From IMG/VR virus record IMGVR_UViG_3300029891_000071, positions 1 through 25,100 of that record: a stretch of DNA of 25,100 nt; one strand, given 5' to 3'. The stretch is from a virus. Taxonomy: Duplodnaviria > Caudoviricetes. Below, piece by piece: positions 16,887-24,445 of this stretch. Under the pieces are notes generated by a model that did not search any database, was not told the origin of the DNA, and saw nothing but the letters and a program-made list of their open reading frames with translations. Each line of letters begins with the position of its first letter. The first letter of the stretch is position 1. The position numbers were made by a program, and so were the translations under genes.

Positions 16887-18410
16887 ATGGCTGCGAAATT
16901 ATTTCCTTTAGACATTTACCCGGATGGGTTTCAGTTTGAAAAGCGTGGAAGACCGCGTGTAGGTGGTCTGGCTGGCAAGAAGAAAGTCTTCTTAGGCTAT
17001 GGGGCTGGTCAATCCGGAGCTGCTGGTCAGGAGAGTATTTACATTGGGTATCAGGCTGGGTATAAGAACGAAACTGGCGACTTAAATATTTTTATTGGAA
17101 ATGAAGCAGGATATTCAAATATATCTGGTTCAAACAATACTTTTTTTGGTTTTCGGGCTGGTTATTTGAATACTACTGGTTGCGGTAACACTTTTACCGG
17201 CCATTCTGCTGGTTATGCTAATACTGTTGGTTACAGTAATACTTTTACTGGCCATTCTGCTGGTTATGCTAATACTACTGGTAATAATAACGCTTTTACT
17301 GGCCATTACGCTGGTTATTCTAATACTATTGGTAATCATAATACTTTTACCGGCCATTATGCTGGTTATTCTAATACTACTGGTGATGATAACACTTTTA
17401 CCGGCCATTACGCTGGTTATTCTAATACTACTGGTACTCATAACACTTTTATTGGTTATTTTGCAGGTTTTTCTAATACTGAAAGTAGTAATAACACTTT
17501 TATTGGATATTACGCTGGTCGTGGTAATACTGCTGGTGAGGATAACACTTTTGTTGGATATTACGCTGGTCGTGCTAATACTGCTGGTAGTAATAACATT
17601 TTTATCGGATATTACGCTGGTCGTTGGAATACCGAAGGTTGTGCGAACACTTTTATCGGCCATTACGCTGGTACTAAGAATACTGAAGGTGAGGATAACA
17701 CTTTTATTGGATATTACGCTGGTTATTATAATGCTATAGGTAATCGCAACATTTTCATCGGATATTTTGCAGGTTTTTCTAATGCTACTGGCAGCTGTAA
17801 TACTTTTATCGGTTACAATGCTGGTCGTGCTAATACTGCTGGTAACAATAACACTTTCATTGGTTATTCTGCTGGTTATTTTGAGACTGGCAATAATAAA
17901 CTTTACATATCTAATTCTAATATTACAACACCTTTAATCTATGGTGAGTTTGACAATAATTTAGTTGAAATCCAAGGTTGTCTTGGTGTTGGCACCAGGG
18001 TGTTTGGAACAGATGCAGTCAACGTCTTGGCTGTCAAAAATGGAACTGTTCCCGGGTCGTCGCCGGCTGATTCAGTCCAGCTTTATGCTGAAGACGTTTC
18101 GGCAAGCTCTGAGCTGAAAGTAAGAGATGAAGCTGGAAACATTACTACTCTATCTCCTCATAATTTTAGCTTGTTCTCACCTGATGATGAAATTGAATTT
18201 CCCTGGTCGTATCATTCCATAAACGAATATTTGGGTGAAGAAATTAACGTTGATATGGCCGGTTTAGTTAAGGCTGTCGAGATTTTGACTGGCAAAAAGT
18301 TTATTTATTCCCGGAAATTGCCGAAAGCACAAATAATAGAAGAAGAAAAGGAGGTTCCACAGTGGCTGAGACAAAGAATCAAGAAAAACGAGTTACAGTT
18401 GAAGAATTAA
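16887..18410 (+). CDS. fibre-like protein with ~20 14-aa GxxNTFxGxxAGxx repeats (YadA-head-like beta-roll) and shared C-terminal domain
   Basis: Start revised to ATG 16887; 42-bp repeats; NNKLYISNS..PLIYGEF neck; C-terminus paralogous to 8251..10545. Confidence 0.8.
   Translation: MAAKLFPLDIYPDGFQFEKRGRPRVGGLAGKKKVFLGYGAGQSGAAGQESIYIGYQAGYKNETGDLNIFIGNEAGYSNISGSNNTFFGFRAGYLNTTGCGNTFTGHSAGYANTVGYSNTFTGHSAGYANTTGNNNAFTGHYAGYSNTIGNHNTFTGHYAGYSNTTGDDNTFTGHYAGYSNTTGTHNTFIGYFAGFSNTESSNNTFIGYYAGRGNTAGEDNTFVGYYAGRANTAGSNNIFIGYYAGRWNTEGCANTFIGHYAGTKNTEGEDNTFIGYYAGYYNAIGNRNIFIGYFAGFSNATGSCNTFIGYNAGRANTAGNNNTFIGYSAGYFETGNNKLYISNSNITTPLIYGEFDNNLVEIQGCLGVGTRVFGTDAVNVLAVKNGTVPGSSPADSVQLYAEDVSASSELKVRDEAGNITTLSPHNFSLFSPDDEIEFPWSYHSINEYLGEEINVDMAGLVKAVEILTGKKFIYSRKLPKAQIIEEEKEVPQWLRQRIKKNELQLKN
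17040..17895 (+). repeat. degenerate 42-bp tandem coding repeats
   Basis: aayacttttayyggmyattaygctggt core recurs every 42 nt. Confidence 0.9.
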
Positions 18411-18613
18411 AAGGATTGCAGTTTAGAAACGAGGTTCTGTCGAACAAGATTGATGAGATTGGTCGATTGTCTGCTGAAAGAAACTTACTAAATTCTGAGT
18501 TCCAGGAATATGTTCGGAACGTGTTGGATGCTCATGGGTTTTCTTTTGAGGAATGGGTTATTGATTTCGATGGGAATATTATCTTAAAGGAAAAAAAGGA
18601 AGGTGGAAAATAG
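18362..18613 (+). CDS. small helical protein, possible fibre assembly chaperone
   Basis: AAGGAGG RBS before GTG; overlaps the fibre 3' end; function inferred from position only. Confidence 0.6.
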   Translation: MAETKNQEKRVTVEELKGLQFRNEVLSNKIDEIGRLSAERNLLNSEFQEYVRNVLDAHGFSFEEWVIDFDGNIILKEKKEGGK

Positions 18614-19089
18614 TGGCCTATTCTACAGTAGCAGACATTAGGAGAATACTGAAAAGTCAATCTGGTAGTATAACAATAAGTCCCCAAGCTGCCTCTTATG
18701 GAAGTCCTGGGTCGATGTTTACTCTAAACCAGTGTGGCAGCTTTATCGCTGACGCTGATGCTGAAATAGATGGCCGGTGTTATCGATACTATGCTGACCA
18801 GATTCCTTTTTTAAATATTCCTCCTGAGATTAAACAAATAAGTGGTGTTCTTGCTTCTGCTTTTATTCTGCAGGCAGCAAGCCAGTATACTGCCAGTGAG
18901 ACTTCAGATTACCTGTTTGATAAGCAGTTGCTTTTGCTGCAGCAAGCAACCGACAAGCTGAATAGGCTGGCTTCTGGTAAAGATTTTCTGGTTGGAAGAT
19001 CACTTTCTTCTCCGGTGTGGCATGGTGTGGTTAGTGATGAGTCTGAGATTTTTGATGGAAGGGAACATGGCGGATTTAGAGAAATGTGA
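18613..19089 (+). CDS. head completion / head-tail adaptor, Mu gp36-like
   Basis: MAYSTVADIR..FIADADAEIDGR..Y..IPF..IPPEIKQIS..LA..A.DKLNRLASGK pattern. Confidence 0.75.
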   Translation: MAYSTVADIRRILKSQSGSITISPQAASYGSPGSMFTLNQCGSFIADADAEIDGRCYRYYADQIPFLNIPPEIKQISGVLASAFILQAASQYTASETSDYLFDKQLLLLQQATDKLNRLASGKDFLVGRSLSSPVWHGVVSDESEIFDGREHGGFREM

Positions 19090-19402
19090 AGCATTTTGGA
19101 TGCGCCTGTGCTAAATAGTTGACAAACTCTTCTCTTTTACAGGCATCATATTCTTTCTCCTGGTAAAGAATCGTTGCTTTTTCCATCCCTTTCGCCTCGT
19201 AAGCATAATATTCCAGGTCTTCCTTCAGCTCTGGCTGAAGGCTACAAACACCGTTAATGAATGCTTCAACATATCTTTCTTCAACTATCGGTGAATATGA
19301 TGCCGGAGCAATTATTTTGCAAAACTCGTCAACGGCTTTCTGCCACTTGTCTGACTCACTGATCCAAAAATCTAATCTGTCTAATAATTTATTAAAGTCC
19401 AT
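19076..19402 (-). CDS. hypothetical protein, 108 aa
   Basis: Start revised to MDFNKLL (GAGG RBS, overlapping the RusA stop). Confidence 0.65.
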   Translation of the reverse strand: MDFNKLLDRLDFWISESDKWQKAVDEFCKIIAPASYSPIVEERYVEAFINGVCSLQPELKEDLEYYAYEAKGMEKATILYQEKEYDACKREEFVNYLAQAHPKCFTFL

Positions 19403-19799
19403 TATATTCAACCTCTTTGACCCATACCTCAGTCCGAGCCTCACAAGCCTCATCCGCATATAGCTTAATGGTTTCACTCGATACGATAGCCGAATCATTA
19501 TCGTATAACAACCCTTCCATCGCATCCATAACCGCTTTACTGTAATTGTCCACGTCCGGCCTCGCTACCGGAAACTCTCGCTTGACTGACTTCGGCTTCC
19601 TAAGCCAGAAGATTACCTTCAATTTCAACGGCGTCCCTTTGTCAAACTTCTTGTTATGCAAACCCAGTCCACGGATCGTCCACCGGATACGCTCTTCGTA
19701 TTCTTTCGTTTTGGTAGGTGTGTATGCCCACCCACCCTTTGTGATCCTGGCTCTTAGCTTCGGGATTGGATCACCGTTAATTGTGAAATGGATTGCCAT
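19392..19799 (-). CDS. rusA: RusA-family Holliday junction resolvase
   Basis: GDPIPKLRAR..YTPTKTKEYE..RPDVDNYSKAVMDAM..YDNDSAIV with the three catalytic Asp. An alternative TTG start at 19889 adds a Cys-rich 30-aa leader. Confidence 0.9.
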   Translation of the reverse strand: MAIHFTINGDPIPKLRARITKGGWAYTPTKTKEYEERIRWTIRGLGLHNKKFDKGTPLKLKVIFWLRKPKSVKREFPVARPDVDNYSKAVMDAMEGLLYDNDSAIVSSETIKLYADEACEARTEVWVKEVEYNGL

Positions 19800-19922
19800 T
19801 TGTGGTATTCCCTCAAGAAAACAATCACAGAAGTCAGACCACATGCTTCTGCATTGCAACTCAGCACCGCATTTTTTGCATTTTTTCAATATTTACCTCT
19901 CGCATTTATCTGCCTACCCTTA

Positions 19923-20099
19923 TCATCTTAACCCATCATATTTGTAATCTTTATCTTCCTCTATATCCCACTTGTGCTTTGGGTCTGGCATGAACGTCAT
20001 GCAAAATGTTGGTTTACGTGGTTCACGCAAAACAAGAAGCCATCCACCAAACACCTTAGCCCTTTCGATATTATTACCGATATTTACCCACGTTAACAT
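19923..20099 (-). CDS. small conserved-looking phage protein, 58 aa (MLTWVNIG..RAKVFGGWLL..FMPDPKHKW)
   Basis: Translated by hand; AGGAG RBS. Confidence 0.7.
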   Translation of the reverse strand: MLTWVNIGNNIERAKVFGGWLLVLREPRKPTFCMTFMPDPKHKWDIEEDKDYKYDGLR

Positions 20100-20111
20100 T
20101 ATTCACTCCTA

Positions 20112-20381
20112 TCAACCTTCAGGTATTTCTTGAATAAGTTTTCCCGGCCAGATATTTTCCAAGTTACTCTTGAGAAATACTGGTATCTGGTTCTGCTTTG
20201 CTACCTCGACTATATTCTCGATCCAGGCCAACTTCGGTTCATACTTTCGCCCAAAGCGAGTTAATCTTCCTATGATGATCCAATCTATTCTTAACTTACT
20301 GAGAATATAGTTAAGATTTATCTCTTCTCTGTCAATAGTTATTCCTTTACATGCATCACATAAAATTGGGGTTTTAGTGCT
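20112..20381 (-). pseudogene. C-terminal fragment of a phage Gp37/Gp68 (DUF5131)-like protein
   Basis: Open frame with no upstream ATG: IDWIIIGRLT..PKLAWIENIV..IPVFLKSNL..W..LIQEIP; bounded by an in-frame TAG at 20382-20384. Confidence 0.65.
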
Positions 20382-20474
20382 CTAACCAACTGAGCTACAC
20401 TGACTTTCGCCAGCGACAGGACTCGAACCTGTGACCCCTTCGTTATAAGCGATAACCCAACTGCTTCGGCCCTC
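20364..20474 (-). ncRNA. YrlA-like bacterial Y RNA (circularly permuted tRNA mimic), 3' end apparently truncated
   Basis: 5' GGCCGAAGCAGTTGGG; T arm ACAGG-TTCGAGT-CCTGT; 7-bp acceptor-like stem CGCTGGC-GAAA-GTCAGTG; D arm GCTC-AGTTGGTTA-GAGC; CCCAATT closes the stem. Confidence 0.8.
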
Positions 20475-20478
20475 AAAA

Positions 20479-20673
20479 TTATCTTTTCAATTCAAAATCT
20501 TTCACCATCTTCCGCAATTCCTTCAAAAACAAATTATGCGGCTTATTTTTCCCCTTCTCCCATCGCCGAATAGTTATTTCTGTAACGCCTAACTTTGCGG
20601 CAATCTCGGTGTAGCTTAACCCATTATCCAACAGCCCTTTAATTATACTTGTGAGGTCATTTATCATAGTCAT
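20479..20673 (-). CDS. small Cro/XRE-like HTH protein (paralogue 2)
   Basis: LSYTEIAAKLGVTEITIRRWEKGKNKPH. Confidence 0.85.
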   Translation of the reverse strand: MTMINDLTSIIKGLLDNGLSYTEIAAKLGVTEITIRRWEKGKNKPHNLFLKELRKMVKDFELKR

Positions 20674-20699
20674 ATTCTATCTTTTCTTCTTATCTTCCC

Positions 20700-20728
20700 A
20701 ATATATCATAGTGTCCATCATTTGTTAA
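20700..20728 (-). promoter_or_regulatory. sigma70 promoter
   Basis: TTAACA (20728-20723), 17 nt, TGn-TATATT (20705-20700), upstream of HTH paralogue 2. Confidence 0.6.
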
Positions 20729-21013
20729 GCAATATTTTTTAATAAGAGAGAAATATTTTAGCTAACCCAGCGGTTGTTAGCCGCTAAAGCCCCATCCCGT
20801 TCCAGCCTGCACCGTCTTTACCGCCAGCCCACTAACCTGAGTAGGTTACGCCAGCGTCCTCGACCGCTCTATCTCTTTCAAGCCGAGTCAGCATATTTTT
20901 TTGCCATTTTAAGCCCCCATTTCCCGCTTCAGGTATCTAAAATCCTCTCCGCCCCAGAAAATCGAAATTTGACCTATCCTGGCTCTTCTGAGGGCATCTC
21001 AGCGACTGCCAAC

Positions 21014-21331
21014 TCACCGCTTTCGCATATTCTGCTTCCAGCATCCGCCCATCTGCTTCGGCTCTTGCTTCTGCCAGATTTCCATCGCTCTCCCCGCTAA
21101 CCATTCAGGCTCGATCCCAGTCAAAGCCCACCAAAGGTCATCGCCGAATCGCTCCGTACAGAACTCAAAGGCATCTTTTTTTAGCCGATTATTATTCGTC
21201 GTTTTGTAACTGTCCGGCTCACTCAGAGACAAATCTGAGGCCGCCTGCGCTATCACGGCCAAGCCAAGCAAGCCACAACCTTTAGGGTTTAGCATTGTCA
21301 TTAATCCATCTATTCCGTTCACGACACTCAA
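21014..21331 (-). CDS. hypothetical phage protein
   Basis: LLGLAVIAQAASDL..DAFEF..W.ALTGIEPEWL looks like real phage coding sequence; start uncertain. Confidence 0.55.
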   Translation of the reverse strand: MSVVNGIDGLMTMLNPKGCGLLGLAVIAQAASDLSLSEPDSYKTTNNNRLKKDAFEFCTERFGDDLWWALTGIEPEWLAGRAMEIWQKQEPKQMGGCWKQNMRKR

Positions 21332-21384
21332 CCATTAGATTTGCAGTCTTTTTATTCTGGCCCTGCTTTCGCTCATCACGGCTC

Positions 21385-21488
21385 TCACGTTCACCAAGTT
21401 AGCCCCACGTGATGGAGCTATCGGGAATCGAACCCGAAGGAGCAACACTATTCCTGATCACCCGTTGTCATTGGTGAATCTTTGCCCC
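21385..21488 (-). ncRNA. second tRNA-like element with Ala-type acceptor strands (permuted or degenerate)
   Basis: T arm TCGGG-TTCGATT-CCCGA, then TAGCTCC-A, a short loop and GGGGCTA; upstream GGGGCAA/TTGCTCC stem. Confidence 0.55.
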
Positions 21489-21491
21489 ATG

Positions 21492-21566
21492 TTAATTCAT
21501 CTTGGCTGGCGGGACTAAGTAGGTCGAAAATTGCTCGGCTTGAAGCTGGGTATCAAATTTGTTCAT
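21492..21566 (-). CDS. possible 24-aa peptide or gene remnant
   Basis: ATG 5 nt after the DnaB stop with GAGGG upstream; no other support. Confidence 0.3.
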   Translation of the reverse strand: MNKFDTQLQAEQFSTYLVPPAKMN

Positions 21567-21571
21567 AATAG

Positions 21572-22900
21572 TCATCCCTCTTCGCTAAATATTTCTTCCT
21601 GCTTGCCATGGTAGTTTGGCTCATAGAAAAACGTGCATTCAGGCACAAACCCCAGTTCGACAAAAATACCTGCCGGCCCATTCCTTTGCTTAGATATAAT
21701 CAACTCTGCTTTCTCCGGGTTTCTTTTTTTATCTCGATATAATAACCAGGTTACATCAGAGTCTTCGAGTAAAGCCCCGCTATTCTTTATGTCGCTCTCT
21801 GTGGGTCGCCGACCGATAGCTTCTTTAAGTAGTTGCGTTAAAACCAAGATTGTTAGATTAAGTTCTTTGGCTAATCTTTTTAACTTACCGGAAACATTCG
21901 CCGTCCTTTCTTCCCGGCTATCTCCTTTTTTTGATTCCACAAACTTTATCTGGTCAATTACTATAAAACAAATGTCAGGATGAGATAATTTGTATTCTTT
22001 AGCTTTTTGAACCATATCTTCAATATCTATCCCGCTGTCTTCATCAATAATTATTTTTGACTGACTTAATTCTTGTTCAGCGGTAGTTAATTTATCCCAA
22101 TCAGAATCCCTAATGTTACCGGACATTAACCCGTTCATTAAGTTTATTCTTGTCAGCATAGAAAAGAATCTCATCATTATACTTTCTTTTGACATTTCAC
22201 ATGAAAAGAAAAGGACATGTTTATCTTCAATTTTTGATATATTCCATAAAAGCGTCATTGCAAAAGCTGTTTTTCCTGTCGATGGTGCTCCACCAAGTGC
22301 AATCATATCTTTTGGCATTAGCGGACACCGCTTTGAGAGAAAAGGAAATCCAGCTTGAAGGCCCATGTGCTTGCCTTTATTTAAATGGAAAAATTCTATT
22401 TGCCCAATAGTATCACGGGCTAAAGTCTCCATATCCACCGCATGAGCATTATTCTTTTTTCTAAAGTCTTCAATTTGTTGTGCCATTTTATTGCACCATT
22501 TCCCAATTTCTTCGGAATTGGTAGTCTCAAGTTCCATTCCTGTTCTTCTTATATTTCTTTCTTTGTAGCAATCAAGAAGAACTTTATAATGATCTGGCAA
22601 TATTCTATGTGAGATAATAGTGTTATTGATTTCTGATATGTAATCAGCGCCACCACTGTCTTTCAATTTACCTGTGTTTGTCAGCTTTGCCACAAGAAGT
22701 GTGTAGTCAATATCTTCGCCTGCTTCCATCATTTCTTTAATGGTTGAAAAAATTATCCGGTGTTTTTCAGAATAAAAATACTCCGCTTTGAGCTTGCCAA
22801 TAGATTTTCTCGTTTCTTCATTAAAGATTAATGACCCAATAATTTGAATTTCTATCTTGGGTGAATGTTTAGGTGGCTTGCTTGTAAACTGGTTCATCAT
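21572..22900 (-). CDS. dnaB: DnaB-like replicative helicase
   Basis: N-terminal FYSEKHRIIF domain, Walker A GGAPSTGKT, FFSCEMS, IVIDQ, LKRLAKELN, KQRNGP. Confidence 0.93.
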   Translation of the reverse strand: MMNQFTSKPPKHSPKIEIQIIGSLIFNEETRKSIGKLKAEYFYSEKHRIIFSTIKEMMEAGEDIDYTLLVAKLTNTGKLKDSGGADYISEINNTIISHRILPDHYKVLLDCYKERNIRRTGMELETTNSEEIGKWCNKMAQQIEDFRKKNNAHAVDMETLARDTIGQIEFFHLNKGKHMGLQAGFPFLSKRCPLMPKDMIALGGAPSTGKTAFAMTLLWNISKIEDKHVLFFSCEMSKESIMMRFFSMLTRINLMNGLMSGNIRDSDWDKLTTAEQELSQSKIIIDEDSGIDIEDMVQKAKEYKLSHPDICFIVIDQIKFVESKKGDSREERTANVSGKLKRLAKELNLTILVLTQLLKEAIGRRPTESDIKNSGALLEDSDVTWLLYRDKKRNPEKAELIISKQRNGPAGIFVELGFVPECTFFYEPNYHGKQEEIFSEEG

Positions 22901-23375
22901 ATACTCCTATCCTGAGTTGGTTGCTACTGATGTCTATCGCCGTTGCCGGTGCCGATTGTTTAAGATAATGCTGATATTTTTCTCTAAAACTTTTTTCTTT
23001 GAGGTATAAGTCTTTAGCATTGTCTATCCGGCAAAATTCTTCCCAATCACCCATATCTGCTATGACAGCCATGATCCGGTTGTCTTCAAATTGCGGCGGC
23101 ACGTTATGTCCGCCAATGCTTCTTATCGCCTTTAGTGTCAGATTCCAAGCAGCCAGACTCTTATCTGAGGGACTGCCTTCAATTAGCTCAATAAGTTCTA
23201 CCGGCTTTGGGAAGAAAATGCATGTCTTCATCGCATAATTAATCGCTTGGTTTAAGGCGTCGTCAGGATAATTTTTAAATATCATCCAATAAGTTTCTGC
23301 CAATCTATCGTTGATGTCAGTTTTTAGTGTTTCAGCCAATATTAATAGCTTTTTTATTAGCTCTGCTTTCTTCAT
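22869..23375 (-). CDS. putative helicase loader-like protein (DUF6475-like)
   Basis: FFPKPVELIELIEG..AW..A IRSIG..FED..I..VI.DMGDW pattern; lies between initiator and helicase. Confidence 0.6.
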   Translation of the reverse strand: MKKAELIKKLLILAETLKTDINDRLAETYWMIFKNYPDDALNQAINYAMKTCIFFPKPVELIELIEGSPSDKSLAAWNLTLKAIRSIGGHNVPPQFEDNRIMAVIADMGDWEEFCRIDNAKDLYLKEKSFREKYQHYLKQSAPATAIDISSNQLRIGVYDEPVYKQAT

Positions 23376-24201
23376 CTCTTTCCTCCTTTTCCTCTTTTTC
23401 TATCTTTTCCCAGAGTTTAGCGTTTAATCTGGTATGTTTGGCTAACGTTGAACTAATGTCTATTTCTGGCGGCGGATCATTAAAATCTACCGCATTGAGA
23501 AATGATGCAGGATGTTTAATTTTATCCTTACTGCGTCCTTCTATTGACATCTGTTTTGCATATACTTCAGTATGATAAAATATTTGTTGAGGGTCAGTAC
23601 CCTCTTTTATTCGGCGTTTCCACATCATCCAAGCAGATTTCTTATCTACCAATCTTGGATATACTGACCAAAAATGAAGAAAATCCTCTGAATAGATTTT
23701 AACTTTATTTTTTTTTAAATTTTCATTTTCGGCAACACGCGTGCATGCATGCTTTTTTTTTTCCTTATCCTTATCCTTATCCTTATCCTTATCCTTATCC
23801 TTATCCTCAACCCTTAGGTAAGGGTTAACTAACCCTTCGGTAAGGGTTACAATACCCTTAGCTAACCCTTTGTCGTGATGAGCAGCTAATAAACGTATAA
23901 CCTGTTGATGTGGCTTGCAATTCTCATTCAACTGCCCATATTGAAATGTTATAAAATCTGTTATAACCCAGCTGTTATTGTTGATTTTGATCCGTTCTTT
24001 TTCTAAATTAAATAAATCTAAAACTTCATCTTTGAGTATTTCTTCCCCAATATAAAAAGATGCTAATTCAATGTCCTCTTTCCAATGCCCAGCGTTGTCA
24101 CATTTATCACAAAGATATGTCCAAAATAATTTATATTTGAGAGGAAGTTTTCTAAACCATGAATCTTCCCATTTACCAGTTTCTGTAAATCTTTTTGACA
24201 T
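23332..24201 (-). CDS. phage replication initiator (N-terminal wHTH, low-complexity linker, C-terminal helical domain)
   Basis: KRFTETGKWEDSWFRKL..YLCDKCDNAG; (DK)7 linker; FLHFWSVYPRLVDKKSA..IKHPASFLN. Confidence 0.8.
   Translation of the reverse strand: MSKRFTETGKWEDSWFRKLPLKYKLFWTYLCDKCDNAGHWKEDIELASFYIGEEILKDEVLDLFNLEKERIKINNNSWVITDFITFQYGQLNENCKPHQQVIRLLAAHHDKGLAKGIVTLTEGLVNPYLRVEDKDKDKDKDKDKDKEKKKHACTRVAENENLKKNKVKIYSEDFLHFWSVYPRLVDKKSAWMMWKRRIKEGTDPQQIFYHTEVYAKQMSIEGRSKDKIKHPASFLNAVDFNDPPPEIDISSTLAKHTRLNAKLWEKIEKEEKEERDEESRANKKAINIG
23763..23870. repeat. (CCTTAT)7 array plus iteron cluster: probable replication origin inside the initiator gene
   Basis: Seven CCTTAT at 23763-23804; AACCCTT-N4-AAGGGTT at 23809-23826 and 23831-23848; further ACCCTT at 23854 and 23865. 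Confidence 0.75.
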
Positions 24202-24203
24202 TA

Positions 24204-24410
24204 CTACCTCTTTTTAGTTGCCTTACTCTGGTTAGCCTCTTGTTGGTTAGTTAGCAATAAGTCATTTAACTTCTCGATAAGCATGCTGTGGGGTTTATTG
24301 AACCCCTTTTCCCAACGGCGTATTGTATTTTCGGAAACTGACACAATAGTAGCGAGTTCTGAATATTTGTAGGTTTTTCTGAGGGCTAAGATAATTTGAG
24401 GTAAGCTCAT
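24204..24410 (-). CDS. small Cro/XRE-like HTH protein (paralogue 3)
   Basis: YSELATIVSVSENTIRRWEKGFNKPH; first gene of the replication operon. Confidence 0.8.
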   Translation of the reverse strand: MSLPQIILALRKTYKYSELATIVSVSENTIRRWEKGFNKPHSMLIEKLNDLLLTNQQEANQSKATKKR

Positions 24411-24416
24411 AGAAGT

Positions 24417-24445
24417 ATATTAACATTTTATTAATAGTTTGTCAA
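24417..24445 (-). promoter_or_regulatory. sigma70 promoter, apparently leaderless
   Basis: TTGACA (24445-24440), 17 nt, TGn-TAATAT, 6 nt, ATG 24410; no SD. Confidence 0.7.

Noticed and set aside
17130-17739. Antisense ORF 17130..17663 and alternative-frame ORF 17215..17739
   Set aside because: Shadows of the 42-bp NNT-biased repeats; low complexity and no RBS.
17040-17895. CRISPR array
   Set aside because: Repeats are contiguous, in frame and coding, with no unique spacers; the same applies to 8972-9712.
8455-18380. Invertible segment swapping fibre C-termini via the inverted paralogous domains
   Set aside because: DNA identity is broken at most third positions, and no invertase or crossover site is visible.
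20377-20440. Canonical tRNA gene or tRNA-derived att site
   Set aside because: Arms are in permuted order with a GAAA-capped acceptor, no anticodon arm and no CCA; no integrase in the window.
21360-21385. Hammerhead ribozyme (GTGATGAGCGAAAGC on the - strand)
   Set aside because: The core is GUGAUGA rather than CUGAUGA, and GAAA is a hairpin loop rather than the junction strand.
310-23575. Numerous + strand ORFs antisense to the - strand genes
   Set aside because: Fully overlap well-supported genes; Ser/Phe/Ile-rich mirror composition; no independent signals.
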